From the NCBI GenBank assembly GCA_036785375.1, contig JAWMAR010000023.1, positions 6,324,001 through 6,388,000 on the forward strand: 64,000 bases of DNA, given 5' to 3'. The position numbers were made by a program, and so were the translations under genes. This DNA is from Leucoraja ocellata (taxonomy: Eukaryota). The notes below the pieces were generated by a model. The model did not search any database and was not told the DNA's origin. It saw only the letters and a list, made by a program, of their open reading frames with translations. The first letter of the stretch is position 1; the number at the start of each line of letters is the position of its first letter. This document shows positions 53,943 through 64,000 of the stretch, in pieces.

Positions 53943-54098
53943 TTTAAGAAGGAACTGCAGATGCTGGAGAATCGAAGGTACACAAAAAAGCTGGAGAAAC
54001 TCAGCGGGTGCAGCAGCATCTATGGAGCGAAGGAAATAGGCAACGTTTCGGGCCGAAGAAAGGTCTGAAGAAGGGTTTCGGCCCGAAACGTTGCCTAT
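53943..54098. mobile_element. Short Penelope-derived insertion with internal inverted repeat, flanked by a 14-bp direct repeat TTCTATAAGCAGTT
   Basis: Direct repeat at 53929-53942 and 54099-54112; inverted arms aaataggcaacgtttcgggccgaa / ttcggcccgaaacgttgcctattt. Confidence 0.8.
54061..54096 (+). ncRNA. Minimal type I hammerhead ribozyme motif (Penelope-associated)
   Basis: AGGT-CTGAAGA-A-GGGT(TTCG)GCCC-GAAA-C-GTT-GCCT: conserved CUGANGA and GAAA core, UUCG-capped stem II, 4-bp stem I (AGGU/GCCU), palindromic ACGT stem III. Confidence 0.65.
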
Positions 54099-54169
54099 TT
54101 CTATAAGCAGTTATTGTCTCCACATGAAGAAAGGATATACTTGTCTTGTGGGCAGTTCAGAGAAGGTTT

Positions 54170-54836
54170 GAAAACATTATGAAAGTAAGCATGCAGGTAC
54201 GGCAGGCAGTGAAGAAAGCGAATGGCATGTTGGGCTTCATAACAAGAGGAGTTGAGTATAGGAGCAAAGAGTCAGACCACACCTGGAGTATTGTGTGCAG
54301 TTTCGGTCCCCTAATTTGAGGAAGGACATTCTTATTGAGGGAGTGCAGCGTAGGTTTGCAATGTTAATTCCCAGGATGGCAGGACTGTTGTATGCTGAGA
54401 GAATGGAACGGCTGGGTTTGTATACTCTGGAATTTAGTAGGATGAGAGGGGATCTTATTGAAACATATGATTATTAAGGGTTTGGACACGCTAGAGGCAG
54501 GAAACATGTTCCCGATGTTGGGGGAGTCCAGAACCAGGGGCCACAGTTTAAGAATAAGTGGTAAGCCATTTAGAATGGAGTTGACAAAACACTTTTTCAC
54601 ACAGAGTTGTTAGTCTGTGGAATTCTCTGCCTCGGAGGGCGGTGGAGGCCGGTTCTATGGATACTTTCAAGAGAGAGCTAGATTGGGCTCTTAAACATAG
54701 GAGGATCTGGGGATATGGGGACATGGGGAGAAGGCAGGAATGGGGTACTGATTGGGGATGATCAGCCATGATCACATTGAATGGTGGTGCCGGCTTGAAG
54801 GGCCGAATGGCCTACTCCTGCACCTATTGTCTATTG
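54170..54836 (+). mobile_element. CR1-type LINE 3' portion with ctattgt-repeat tail, inserted in an older CR1 fragment
   Basis: aaagtaagcatgcaggtacggcaggcagtgaagaaagcgaatggcatg ... gggccgaatggcctactcctgcacctattgtctattgt; gtttg on both sides may be a short target-site duplication. Confidence 0.88.
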
Positions 54837-55359
54837 TTTGCTAGATTTCCTCCTCGTTGCCAGGGGTTATATTATAAGGAATAAATACACAGATTGGAGT
54901 TTAGATGAACTCCTTTGCTTGGTTGTTGCTGTGAGCATGTTAAAGAATCTTCTGTTAAAGAATCCGTGGGTAAAATCTCAGGATAAGATAACGACCATTT
55001 AAGACTCAGACACAGAGAGATTAGCTCTCTCCGAGGTCTGTGAGACAGAATGTGAGCCTGAAATCTTAAGTATACAGAAGCCTGTATGCAATGCCTTGAT
55101 TATTTGTGTAATTTTGTAGGTGGGGAACTGAACAGATAAGAAAACCATTGCCAGCATTGTCTGCATTCCAAAAGGCCTTTTCGGACATTTGCTACAACCT
55201 AGAGAGCACACAATCACATGTACCTTATAAAGTTCTTGCTTTAAAACCACAACTGATACTAAATGTGCTATTCTGAGGCAAGTAGATTTTTGAGATATTA
55301 GATGGTTTGTGGAGACCAGACAGAAACCAATGTGAATGGCAGATTCGTCGTGCTTTATT

Positions 55360-55835
55360 GTTCAAGAAGGAACTGCAGATGCTGGAAAATCAAAGGTAGA
55401 CAAAATTGCTGGAGAAACTCAGCGGGTGCGGCAGCATCAATGGAGCGAAGGAAATAGGCAAAGTTTCAGGCCAAAACCCTTCTTCAGACTGATGCGGGGG
55501 TGGGGGGTGGGGGGGGGGGGGAAGAAGAAAGGAAGAGGAGGAGCCAGAGGGCTGAGGGAGAGCTAAGAAGGGGAGGAGACAGCAAGGGTTACCGGAAATT
55601 GGAGAAGTCAATGTTCAGGCCACCGGGATGCAGACTGACCAAGCGGAATACGAGGTGCTGCTCCTCCAGTTTCCAGTGGTGCTCACTCTGGCAATGGGGG
55701 AGGCCCAGGACAGAAAGGTCAGATTCGGAATGAGAGGGGGAAGTTGAAGTGCTGAGCCACAGGGAGATCAGGTTGGTTAATGCGGACCGAGCTGAGGTGT
55801 TCGGCAAAACGATCGCCAAGCCTACCTTGGTCTCA
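55360..55835 (-). mobile_element. Penelope-like retroelement 3' end: GIY-YIG endonuclease C-terminus plus terminal repeat with a degenerate hammerhead
   Basis: Minus ORF ...PSHSESDLSVLGLPHCQSEHHWKLEEQHLVFRLVSLHPGGLNIDF is the typical PLE GIY-YIG C-terminus. On the element strand it is followed by a C-tract and ctgaagaagggttttggcctgaaac. Confidence 0.85.
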
Positions 55836-55999
55836 ATACGCTTGGTCTCAATACGCTTGGTCTCAATACGCTTAGTCGTGATTTATTCATCATTGGAGCA
55901 AATGGCCTATTCCTTTCCATCTTCCTTTCAAGAGAAAAGCAATGCACTTATATATTTCAAATTTAGTATCGCATTGAAATGAGAGGGGAACTCCTAGAA

Positions 56000-56330
56000 A
56001 CTATTAATGTTGTAACAGGACTGGACACACTTGATACAGAGAGGATGTTCCCAGTGACCTGAGAGTCACAGCATCATATTTGAGAATCAGAAGAAATCCC
56101 TTCACACAAAGGGTGATTAACATGTGGGATTCTGCATCACAGAAGATAGTGGAGGCCATGTCATTAACTGCATTTTCAATAAGGAGGTAGATATAGTTCT
56201 TAATGCCAAAAATATCATGAGATATGGAGGGAAAGTAGGAACACAATATTTAAGTGGATGATAAACCATGATTGTCGTGAATAGAGGAATAAACACAAAG
56301 AGTGAAATACCTACTCCTGCTCCTATTTTC
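56000..56330 (+). mobile_element. Degenerate CR1-type LINE 3' end
   Basis: ttcacacaaagggtgattaacatgtgggattctg ... cctactcctgctcctattttc. Confidence 0.7.
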
Positions 56331-56334
56331 ATCA

Positions 56335-56570
56335 TTTCTATTTGGTGCTCGCAATGTGCTCCCTCCTACATTGGAGAAATGAAAACGCAGGCTGGGTACG
56401 CATTTGGTCTGCAGGGAGTACCTGAACTGCCAGTAGCCCGTCAGTTTAATTCTCCATCACGCTCTGACCTAACTTCTTTGCCTTTGGCTTCCTATGCTGT
56501 TCCACTGCAGCTCAACACTTCAACCTTTGATTTGGTTCAAATTTGAATTCAATAGTTTCACATGATCAAC
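56335..56570 (+). mobile_element. Degenerate Penelope GIY-YIG fragment
   Basis: Translation IWCSQCAPSYIGEMK...ELPVARQFNSPSRSDL matches the PLE C-x2-C...YIGET...PVA.HFNS motif. Confidence 0.65.
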
Positions 56571-56806
56571 CACAACAATCTTGAATCTTGCATATCAGTC
56601 TTGTCTACAGATCCCAAGTATAGGATTAGTATTTGGGTTACTGTGGAATGCTGATGAATCAAAAATATCACAAAGCTTTTGGACATAGACTGCGTTCATA
56701 GCTCCCTTTATTAACTAACATGTCCATTGGAAGTAAGCTAGCCATTATTGTACAAAACATTATTCCAAAATATGTTTACGTTTCAGAGAGAACCTGGATG
56801 CATACT

Positions 56807-56870
56807 ATGCCTCGAGGGAGTGCATCGAGTAATCGTTCCAATGGAAGCGATGGAGAAATGGAAGGGCTTG
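56807..56870 (+). CDS. ODAD1: ODAD1/CCDC114-like first coding exon (MPRGSASSNRSNGSDGEMEGL)
   Basis: Acceptor tttcag| at 56786, ATG at 56807, donor TTG|gtagga; resembles the ODAD1 N-terminus (MP.G..S.RS..S...EG). Confidence 0.72.
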
Positions 56871-57041
56871 GTAGGAAATTTATGTACCCAGTTTAAATCT
56901 CAAATGTGCATGATGATGCAGCACAGGTTGATTTTAAAATCTTAATGGTGTAGATTAATATTTTGGGGCAGTGGAATAATAATAGATAGATGCAAGTTTT
57001 TCTTTGAACATATCTCTAAGATTGCATTCATCTCCTTACAG

Positions 57042-57141
57042 CTGAAAGTGAGTTGGGAAAGCTGCAGCATCAGTTCAGAATCATGGAGGGAGATCGGCAG
57101 GCATATACCCTGGAGTCCCAGGAGCTGCTGAGGAAACAGTT
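57042..57141 (+). CDS. ODAD1: ODAD1-like coding exon 2 (AESELGKLQHQFRIMEGDRQAYTLESQELLRKQL)
   Basis: Acceptor tctccttacag|, donor TT|gtaagt; EL.KLQ.QFR.MEG.R.AY signature of the ODAD1/CCDC63 (DC2) family. The paralogue CCDC63 cannot be excluded without a tree. Confidence 0.88.
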
Positions 57142-58209
57142 GTAAGTGTCACCAGGGTACAGGATTCCATATGCAACAGATTGATGTTATTGTAGGACTG
57201 GTAGTTGGGATGTATGTGCCCAGGTAGAAATACTGTTTTGATAAAAAAATTACTGTGTAATGAGTCAGTGTCACTTATAACTGAAATAAACCTTTCAATT
57301 ATTCAATTGGAAATTGCCAGTGAAATTAGAATTGATGAATGGGGGCGGGTATTCGGATAAAGTCAATTTCAAAGTCAATTTTATTTGTCACATGAACTTT
57401 TAAAGCCAAAACAAAAAGGAGGATTTCAACCATTAAAACAGGTTTCACAGGAATGTTTCAGTGGTGGTTACTGAAGACAAGTCCAGTGGTTACTCTTATC
57501 AGACTTGTGCCATAGCTACACAGGCAGTACCCAGGTTAGGCAAGGGTTCCGATACAGAGAACTGACCATAAACTGAAATTTCCAATGTCAAAAACAAACA
57601 ATTTACCCCAATACTATAATATGTGTAGATATTACAATCTTTGATGTGTAGACTTCGAACGTCAAAATACCTTGGCAGCAGTTTGGCTACAAATTTTGTT
57701 TGGAAGTATAATGATTAATTGAATATGTCCTCCATAATTGTACTGCTGAGTTTAAACTGTCGACGACTTCTGATTCCAGTCTTAACTGAGAATTTCTACA
57801 GGAAGGTTTGTGAATGTGTTTCATCTGGAGTAGAAATATTGGTTTATTTTCTTGTGATATTTCTCTTGCTCACATTTCTATGTACACAACATGCATATTC
57901 ATTTCACTGGTGTGCGTTAATGACAAGGGCAGAAATCGCTCTATGGTTTGGGAGAAAATGTTCAGTGCGCTTTTTAGGTGCAGTGATCTTTTTTCAAAGG
58001 GATGAACCCGAGTCAAACTTATTTTTGACATGGGAAAACTTGTGTAAAGTTGGATCTCTGCAAGTCAGGTCAGCTGTAACCTGGGGACTGTCTGTACTGT
58101 GAAGGGTTGTAAGGTGCTTCTTTATATAAGTTCTGAACAGGCCTATAATAGTTTCTTTTGAAATGCTATTTGCAAGTCCTTTGATTCTTGATCCTTCTGA
58201 TTTCAATAG

Positions 58210-58399
58210 GGCAGATATCGAGAAAATGAAAAAGGATCGTGAGGAGTTAATGTTAAATCTACAGCTTTTGGAGAGCAAACACAACCAGCAGCAGGACCAG
58301 GAGGACATGGAAAGTATTCAGAACAGCTTGAGTTACCAGGAGAAGCTGGAGGAACAAATCACCAATGAGAAGCAAAGTATCAAGGATCTGGAAGTGGAG
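58210..58399 (+). CDS. ODAD1: ODAD1-like coding exon 3 (coiled coil, ADIEKMKKDREELMLNLQLL...IKDLEVE)
   Basis: Acceptor tttcaatag|, donor GAG|gtgaag; phase 2 to 0; heptad-rich translation. Confidence 0.85.
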
Positions 58400-58499
58400 G
58401 TGAAGATGTGGCTTACTACTTGGCATTGATAGCAAGGAAATTGAACTTCTGTTGGAAATGAAATCTGAGCCAGGATGCCCAGAGGTGGGAGATTTCTTT

Positions 58500-58730
58500 A
58501 CAGTAGAATATACAACAGTTGCGGACCCTTCTTCCCACAATGTCCATGCCAAACATGATGACAAGATAAACTAATCTCCTCTGCCCCCATGTAGTTCATA
58601 TCACCCATTCCCTGGATATCCATGTGCCTATCTAAAACCCCCTTAAACACTACTATCGTATCTGTCTCCACTGCCACCCACCACCTTCTGTGTAAAAAAC
58701 CTTGTCCTGCATATCTCCTTTAAACTTTGC
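58500..58730 (-). mobile_element. CR1-type LINE 3' end fragment
   Basis: Minus-strand RFFTQKVVG motif and CR1 3' UTR-like sequence. Confidence 0.65.
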
Positions 58731-59159
58731 CACTCTCTATTTAATTCTACTTCCGGATTTACTATCCACAACAGGAGAATAATTTCAGGAAATAAACGTT
58801 TGCCAGCAAGATGCTGCTCCAGGCCCACAAAATTGCTGTGTTGGGGTGGGACTAGATAGACAATGCACGATGCAAGGAGAATTTGAATCGGGTTCAAGGC
58901 AGGAATCTGGGGGAGATGCCGCTGCTGGCGGTCAACATTCCTAATCGTCATGAGTGCACAAAGATGTGTTTAACACTTCAGTTGTCAGGGCCTGATTATA
59001 TTAATACTGCCTCTGCAGGGATTTCTGCTGTCTAGACTCAGAAAGGATTAGACCCCATAGACATAACTGGACTTCATTTGTTGCTTGACTTTGGTAATAG
59101 AAGTTTGCATGCTGGGATAATCAGGTCTGCTAAATTTGGCACATCTGGGAACAGTGCAG

Positions 59160-60050
59160 ATTAAGAACATAGAACGCTGTAGTAAAGGAACGGGCCCTTC
59201 GACAGACAATGTTTGTGCCGAACATTTTGTTAAGTTAAACTGAACTCATCTGCCTGTACATACTCCATATCCCTCTAATCATTGCACTTCCATGTGCCTA
59301 TCTAAATGCCTCTTCAGTGGCACTTTCACATCTGCCTCAACCACCGCCCATGGCAGTGCATTGCAGGCCCCCACTACTCTCTGTGTAAGTAAACTGCACC
59401 ACACATCTCCATTAAACTTTGAACTTTACAGCTATGACCTCTAGTGTTGGACATTTCTACCCTGGGAAAAATAGTACTCTAGCTGTGCCTCTCATAATGT
59501 TATATATTTCTATCAAGTCTCCCCTCAACGTTCCAAAGAAAACAAACCAAGTGTATCCAACCTCTCCCATATCTGAGTCCATCTAATTCATGCAGCGTTC
59601 TGGTAAACCTTGTCTGCACCCTCTCCAAAGCCTCTACATCTTCCCTGTAATGAAGCGACCAGAACTGCATGCAATACTCCAAATGTGGCCTAACCAAAGT
59701 CCTAGAGAGCTGCATCATGGCTTCCTGACTCTTATATTCAATACCCTACCACTGAAGGCAAGCATACTGTATGCTTTCTTAACCACCCAACTTCTTGTGC
59801 TGCCAGCTTCGGTAAGCAAGTGCACATCAATGCTGTTAAGGGTCTTGTCATTGACTATGTGCTCTCTGCGTACATTCAACCTCCCAAAGTACAACACATC
59901 ACCCTTGCTTGGGTTAAACTCTATATGCCATTTCTACGCCCATTTCTGCAGCTGGACTATATCCCCTTTATCCTCTGACACCATTCATTGCTGTCTGGAA
60001 CTCCTCCAATTTGGTGTCGTCAGCAAACCTACTCACCATTCCATCTACAT
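59160..60050 (-). mobile_element. CR1-type LINE fragment (FADDT to 3' end)
   Basis: Minus strand VSRFADDT (~60013-60036) and ORF LVRPHLEYCMQFWSLHYREDVEALERVQTRFTR. Confidence 0.88.
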
Positions 60051-60984
60051 TTATCTGCTCCTCCTTAACTGGTTCTGCTGGATGCTCAAAATCCTTAAGT
60101 GCATCATGTGCAGCAGAGCTCCAGACCTCACCAGTGATAATTCTTCATGGAACCGAACACCATGAGTGATGCAGGAATGTTTTATTTGTACAAAACAAAT
60201 CCTGCTATTGCCGTTGCTCGTGTAATTTACAGACAGATCATTAGCTTGAATTCTGGCTTATTTCCCCTCGGGAACAATGAGGGTATCAGATGCTTGTTAA
60301 GTTTAGTTGCTGTGACCCACCTATGGGCTAAACGCTGAGACTTTGCCCAGTGGTTCAGTTACATAGTAACCACATCAATCACTAAGATGTCATGATACGT
60401 CATACCTGACTTGCCTCTTGTAAATTTGCTTTACATTGTCTCCCAATGCATTTGTTGGTGACACAAGAAACTGCAAATGCTGGAATCTGGAGTAAAACCA
60501 AGCTGCTGGAGGAACTGCCTGGGTCAGGCAGCATCTGTGGAGGGAGATGGACAGACAATGTTATGGTTTGGGACCCTTCTGACTGATGTAATCATTTGTT
60601 GCTAAGCTGCTCAAAGGTAGTTCTGAATTAGAACTGGTGCTCAGAAACCTGCCAATCTTCTTGTATCATTCTCCATCCCTTGTTTGAACACCAGCATCCC
60701 TTCCCAAAATAGAATATCCTGTGGGTATAGAAACATACCATAATATTCTGTGGCTTCTTAAGATTTGTATATTTCAATGTCTGTGGATGTGAATCTCCAT
60801 GACTGTGAGGACATTGATGTGTATCCGTTTGAGCGTATGTATGTTTGAGGGTACCGCTGACTGTATGACTGCATATATGTGCTCACATGCATTGTCTGCA
60901 TTCACACAAATGGGAGTATCTGTGACTGTGTATCTGTATCAATAAACATTTCTTGTAAATTCCTTTTAACTCTTTTCAATACAG

Positions 60985-61107
60985 ATAAAGGTCTTGGAGC
61001 AAAAAATCTTCGAGCAGAAGAAGAGGTTGTGTACAGGTGTTAACGTTAAAGCAATGAATGAACATCTGGCGAAGAACATTGGGGTCATGGAGGACCGTCA
61101 GGACAGG
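60985..61107 (+). CDS. ODAD1: ODAD1-like coding exon 4 (IKVLEQKIFEQKKRLCTGVNVKAMNEHLAKNIGVMEDRQDR)
   Basis: Acceptor ctcttttcaatacag|, donor AGG|gtaaga; 123 bp, phase 0-0. Confidence 0.85.
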
Positions 61108-61809
61108 GTAAGAATTCCCAGAGGGTGAACAAGGAAGTGAAGGCCAATAATCTGAATGTTCTTCAAGGAACTGACAGACTCTTTGGGCCAAATGGTCTCC
61201 TTCTGCGCTGTAACAAATCCATGATTCAACTCCCATGCAGGAAATACTGCTGAAGTGAATTTAAAGGATGACAGAGGAGTTATGGCCACAAATGGTAAAA
61301 ATCTGCTCAGTTCCAATGTGGTTATAGAGGGACTGCTTTTAAATTCTCAAATTGAATCTCTTTCTCTTCTTTTTAATCTCGTATTGCATCTAATTGAGCT
61401 TCAGTTTCGATGGGCTTGGGCACGTTCATGCCTGGCCTTGGCACGAATATTTGCAGAAATGCACAGAAGGTGTGACAGCTGTGTACCGAATTGAAAAATA
61501 AATAGATAATTCTGGAGATGAATATCAATGTGAATCCAGATTACTTTAACTAATTAGTTTTGAACGTTAATGAACACTCCAGATCAGTTACCAACCGATC
61601 TAGGATCCCTAATTTTATGCGCAGAGCTGCATTAAGAGGCGTTGTGGAACCAAGGCTCTCCTTAACAATGTTGTGACTTTTATTTTAACTACAGGCACTT
61701 TCTTGTTCTTATTCAGTCCTCATCCCACTTTGAGTTGCTAGGTTAACTTGCGTTCTGAATACCTAATCTATCAGGACTGAAACCTAAAAAAAAAAGATTC
61801 AATATACAG

Positions 61810-62720
61810 TTTGTAGAAACAACAAACTACTAATGCTAATTTACCAAAAACACACAAAGTGCTGGAGTAACTCAGTGGGTCAGGCAGCATCTATGGAGAT
61901 CATGGACAGGTGATGTTTGGGGTCAGGATCTTTCTTCAGACTGATTGTAGCAGAGGCAGGGCAGGAAAGCTAGGGGGGGGGGGGGGGGGGGGGGGGGTGA
62001 TAGGCAGATGTTTGGACAGAGGCCAGAGATGAAAAAACAGAAGGTATGAGATAAAAGGATTAGAGTTGTGAATTGGGAAGCTAGAGAAAGAAATGTAGTT
62101 GGAAGGAGAGAAATAGGGTTGAGTCCAGGTGGTTTGAGGGCAAAGAGGGAGAGGAGAAAAGTCGTGGGGGGTTGTAGATACCTAAAATTGGAGAATTCAA
62201 TTTGTTTGTTTGTCAGCTATCCAAACGGAATATAAGATGCTGTTCCTCCAATTTACGTGTGGCCTCACTCTGATAATAGAGGCCCAGGACGGAAAGGTCA
62301 ATAGCAAGAAGAGTTAAAATGGTTAGCAACTGGGAGATCCAATAAACCTTGGCAGACTGAGATCGATGAAATGGTCTTTGAGTCTATGCTTTGTCTTATT
62401 CATGTACAGGAGGCTACATTGGGAACACCAGACGCAGTAGGACTGCTGGGGTCCCTGGATGGACGTGAGGGCAGAGGTATAGGGACAGGTGTTACATCTC
62501 CTGCGGTTGCAAGCAAAGGAACCGGGAAGGGGGTGGTTTGAGTGGGGAGCGATGAGTGAACCAAGGATTGCAGAGAGAGCGGTCTCTGCAAAGGGGGTGA
62601 ATGTGGGAAGATGTGACTGGTGATGGGATCACGTTGGAAGTGACAGAAATGTTGGAGAATAATATGTTGGATGCAGAAGTTTGTGGGGTGAAAGGCGAGG
62701 ACTCTATGCTTTTTCTTGGG
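61810..62720 (-). mobile_element. Penelope-like element 3' portion (Cys-rich linker, GIY-YIG, terminal repeat; 25-nt G-tract at 61973-61997)
   Basis: Minus strand encodes ...SFACNRRRCNTCPYTSALTSIQGP..., the PLE Zn-finger-like linker, followed by degenerate GIY-YIG sequence and the same terminal repeat as 55360. Confidence 0.8.
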
Positions 62721-62785
62721 GGAGAGGGACTTTACTGTGTCATAATTTTAAATAATTTGCAGAAATTATTCACCCCCATTTACAG

Positions 62786-62899
62786 GCACTGAGGAAATTC
62801 AATACCCAGCTGATGAGAAATGGACAGCTGAGGAAACAAATTGACATACTGCGTGTTGAGCGTTCAAGGTTTGAGCAGCTCTACAGGAAGCTGGAAAAA
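62786..62899 (+). CDS. ODAD1: ODAD1-like coding exon 5 (ALRKFNTQLMRNGQLRKQIDILRVERSRFEQLYRKLEK)
   Basis: Acceptor cccccatttacag|, donor AAA|gtaagg; FN.QL..N..LR..ID.LR.ER.RF signature of the ODAD1/CCDC63 family. Confidence 0.9.
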
Positions 62900-63736
62900 G
62901 TAAGGATTAAAATAATTTTGCTCCATAGTTTATATATTATCTTATGCAGGAATGTGTCTCCTCTAGCTCAGGGTTTAACGTGACTGCAGCCCAGAGTCAG
63001 AGGCTTCACAAATGTAAGTTACAATTCTCATGGGAGTGCGTAGATCCTCACCATTCTGCATACTGAAAACGTATCTTGCTGCAGAAAATTGGAAAGGTGA
63101 TTCTTTCTTTTTCAATTTCCTCTTCTGCGGCACTCAGGAGATTAGCATTTACCCATCCCAATTGGTACTAGATGCAAGCCTTAACATAGTGGTAGAAAAT
63201 AAATTGTGTGGACAATCTGGCAGATATTCATTTACTTCTTGGGTGAGTCCACAAGTTGTTAAACTTACTAAATTTGGTTTCACGGTTTTTGAGAGTGGGG
63301 TTTAAACACTCTTATCTCCGGTTTCTTCACTAGATTTACTTAGTGGGATCCTAAACTTGCCTTTGCTCCTGTGGACAACAAGCAGCTGACTATTTTCTGT
63401 GCAGATCACGATGCCTTATCAGGACCAATCCACATACCTTTGACAGCACACCTAGGCACGAATAACTCCGGGCAGGACCAGGTTCAGAAACATAAATTGG
63501 AGGCTGTGGAAAGGAACTAAATCACACTGAATTTTTAAAAAAGGCCAATCTGAATGAGTGGTGGGAGACTCTCAAGCTGAATGGCCTTTTCTTATCCCTT
63601 GTTCCTTTGATTGTTGGTTACTCACTAATTGAAGCTGCAGTGAAGCTGCTGTAATTACATAAAGAAAATCTGACATTTCGTAACCCCAGTGCATCATCTA
63701 ACCTCAGACATTTGATGTACCTCTCTCACTGAATAG

Positions 63737-63804
63737 GAACTTCTTGAGACTCGGAAGGAAATCGGTTCCGTGATTGACATTTCGACAGCCGCCTATGATG
63801 CCAG
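63737..63804 (+). CDS. ODAD1: ODAD1-like coding exon 6 (ELLETRKEIGSVIDISTAAYDAR); gene continues beyond the window
   Basis: Acceptor ctctctcactgaatag|, donor CAG|gtgatg; ST.AY..R motif conserved in the family. Confidence 0.87.
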
Positions 63805-64000
63805 GTGATGAGATTGTGCGTCAGTGACACTCTTCTCAGCTCTTTTTCCCCTCATCTCAATTAGCAGAACGAAGCAGCCTTCTGAAATATTTCACCACAG
63901 CGAGACAGGGTGATTTCTCAGTGGCCTGCTGGAAACCAATTTATTATTCCTTGAGTTACCTGAAATTAAATATGCATGCATAGTGAAGACCAGACAAAAT

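Noticed and set aside
57719-58102. 127-aa hydrophobic ORF between ODAD1 exons
   Set aside because: Intronic, starts at TTG, no recognisable domain; flanking exons already join in frame (57141 to 58210).
59590-60165. 191-aa + strand ORF in an ODAD1 intron
   Set aside because: Antisense to a decayed CR1 ORF2 fragment; not a gene.
61973-61997. 25-nt poly-G run
   Set aside because: Corresponds to the C-tract in the Penelope 3' region (also at ~55496-55521); homopolymer length is also error-prone.

Overview
Eukaryotic vertebrate genomic DNA, probably a cartilaginous fish such as a skate or ray (inferred from the CR1 and Penelope repeat landscape; not proven). Two + strand genes are present. (1) Bases 1 to ~47400 hold the 3' part of a giant transmembrane SEA-domain mucin of the MUC3/MUC12/MUC17 type. 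One uninterrupted coding exon of >38.9 kb is built from 27 tandem ~1425-bp (475-aa) Ser/Thr/Glu-rich units and ends in a Cys-rich EGF-like module. Spliced exons that I reconstructed by hand then encode a SEA domain with an LRKG/SIII autocleavage site, a second EGF-like module, a TM helix and a cytoplasmic tail (stop at 46579). (2) From ~52250 to beyond the window end lies the 5' part of an ODAD1 (CCDC114)-family outer dynein arm docking gene, with six coding exons and a candidate RFX/NF-Y/forkhead ciliary promoter. Introns and intergenic DNA contain CR1-type LINE fragments, Penelope-like (GIY-YIG) remnants carrying minimal hammerhead-ribozyme motifs (one with an intact core at 54061-54096), a GC-rich 20-bp minisatellite and an unusual inverted/duplicated LINE insertion. 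All splice models are manual and need RNA evidence.
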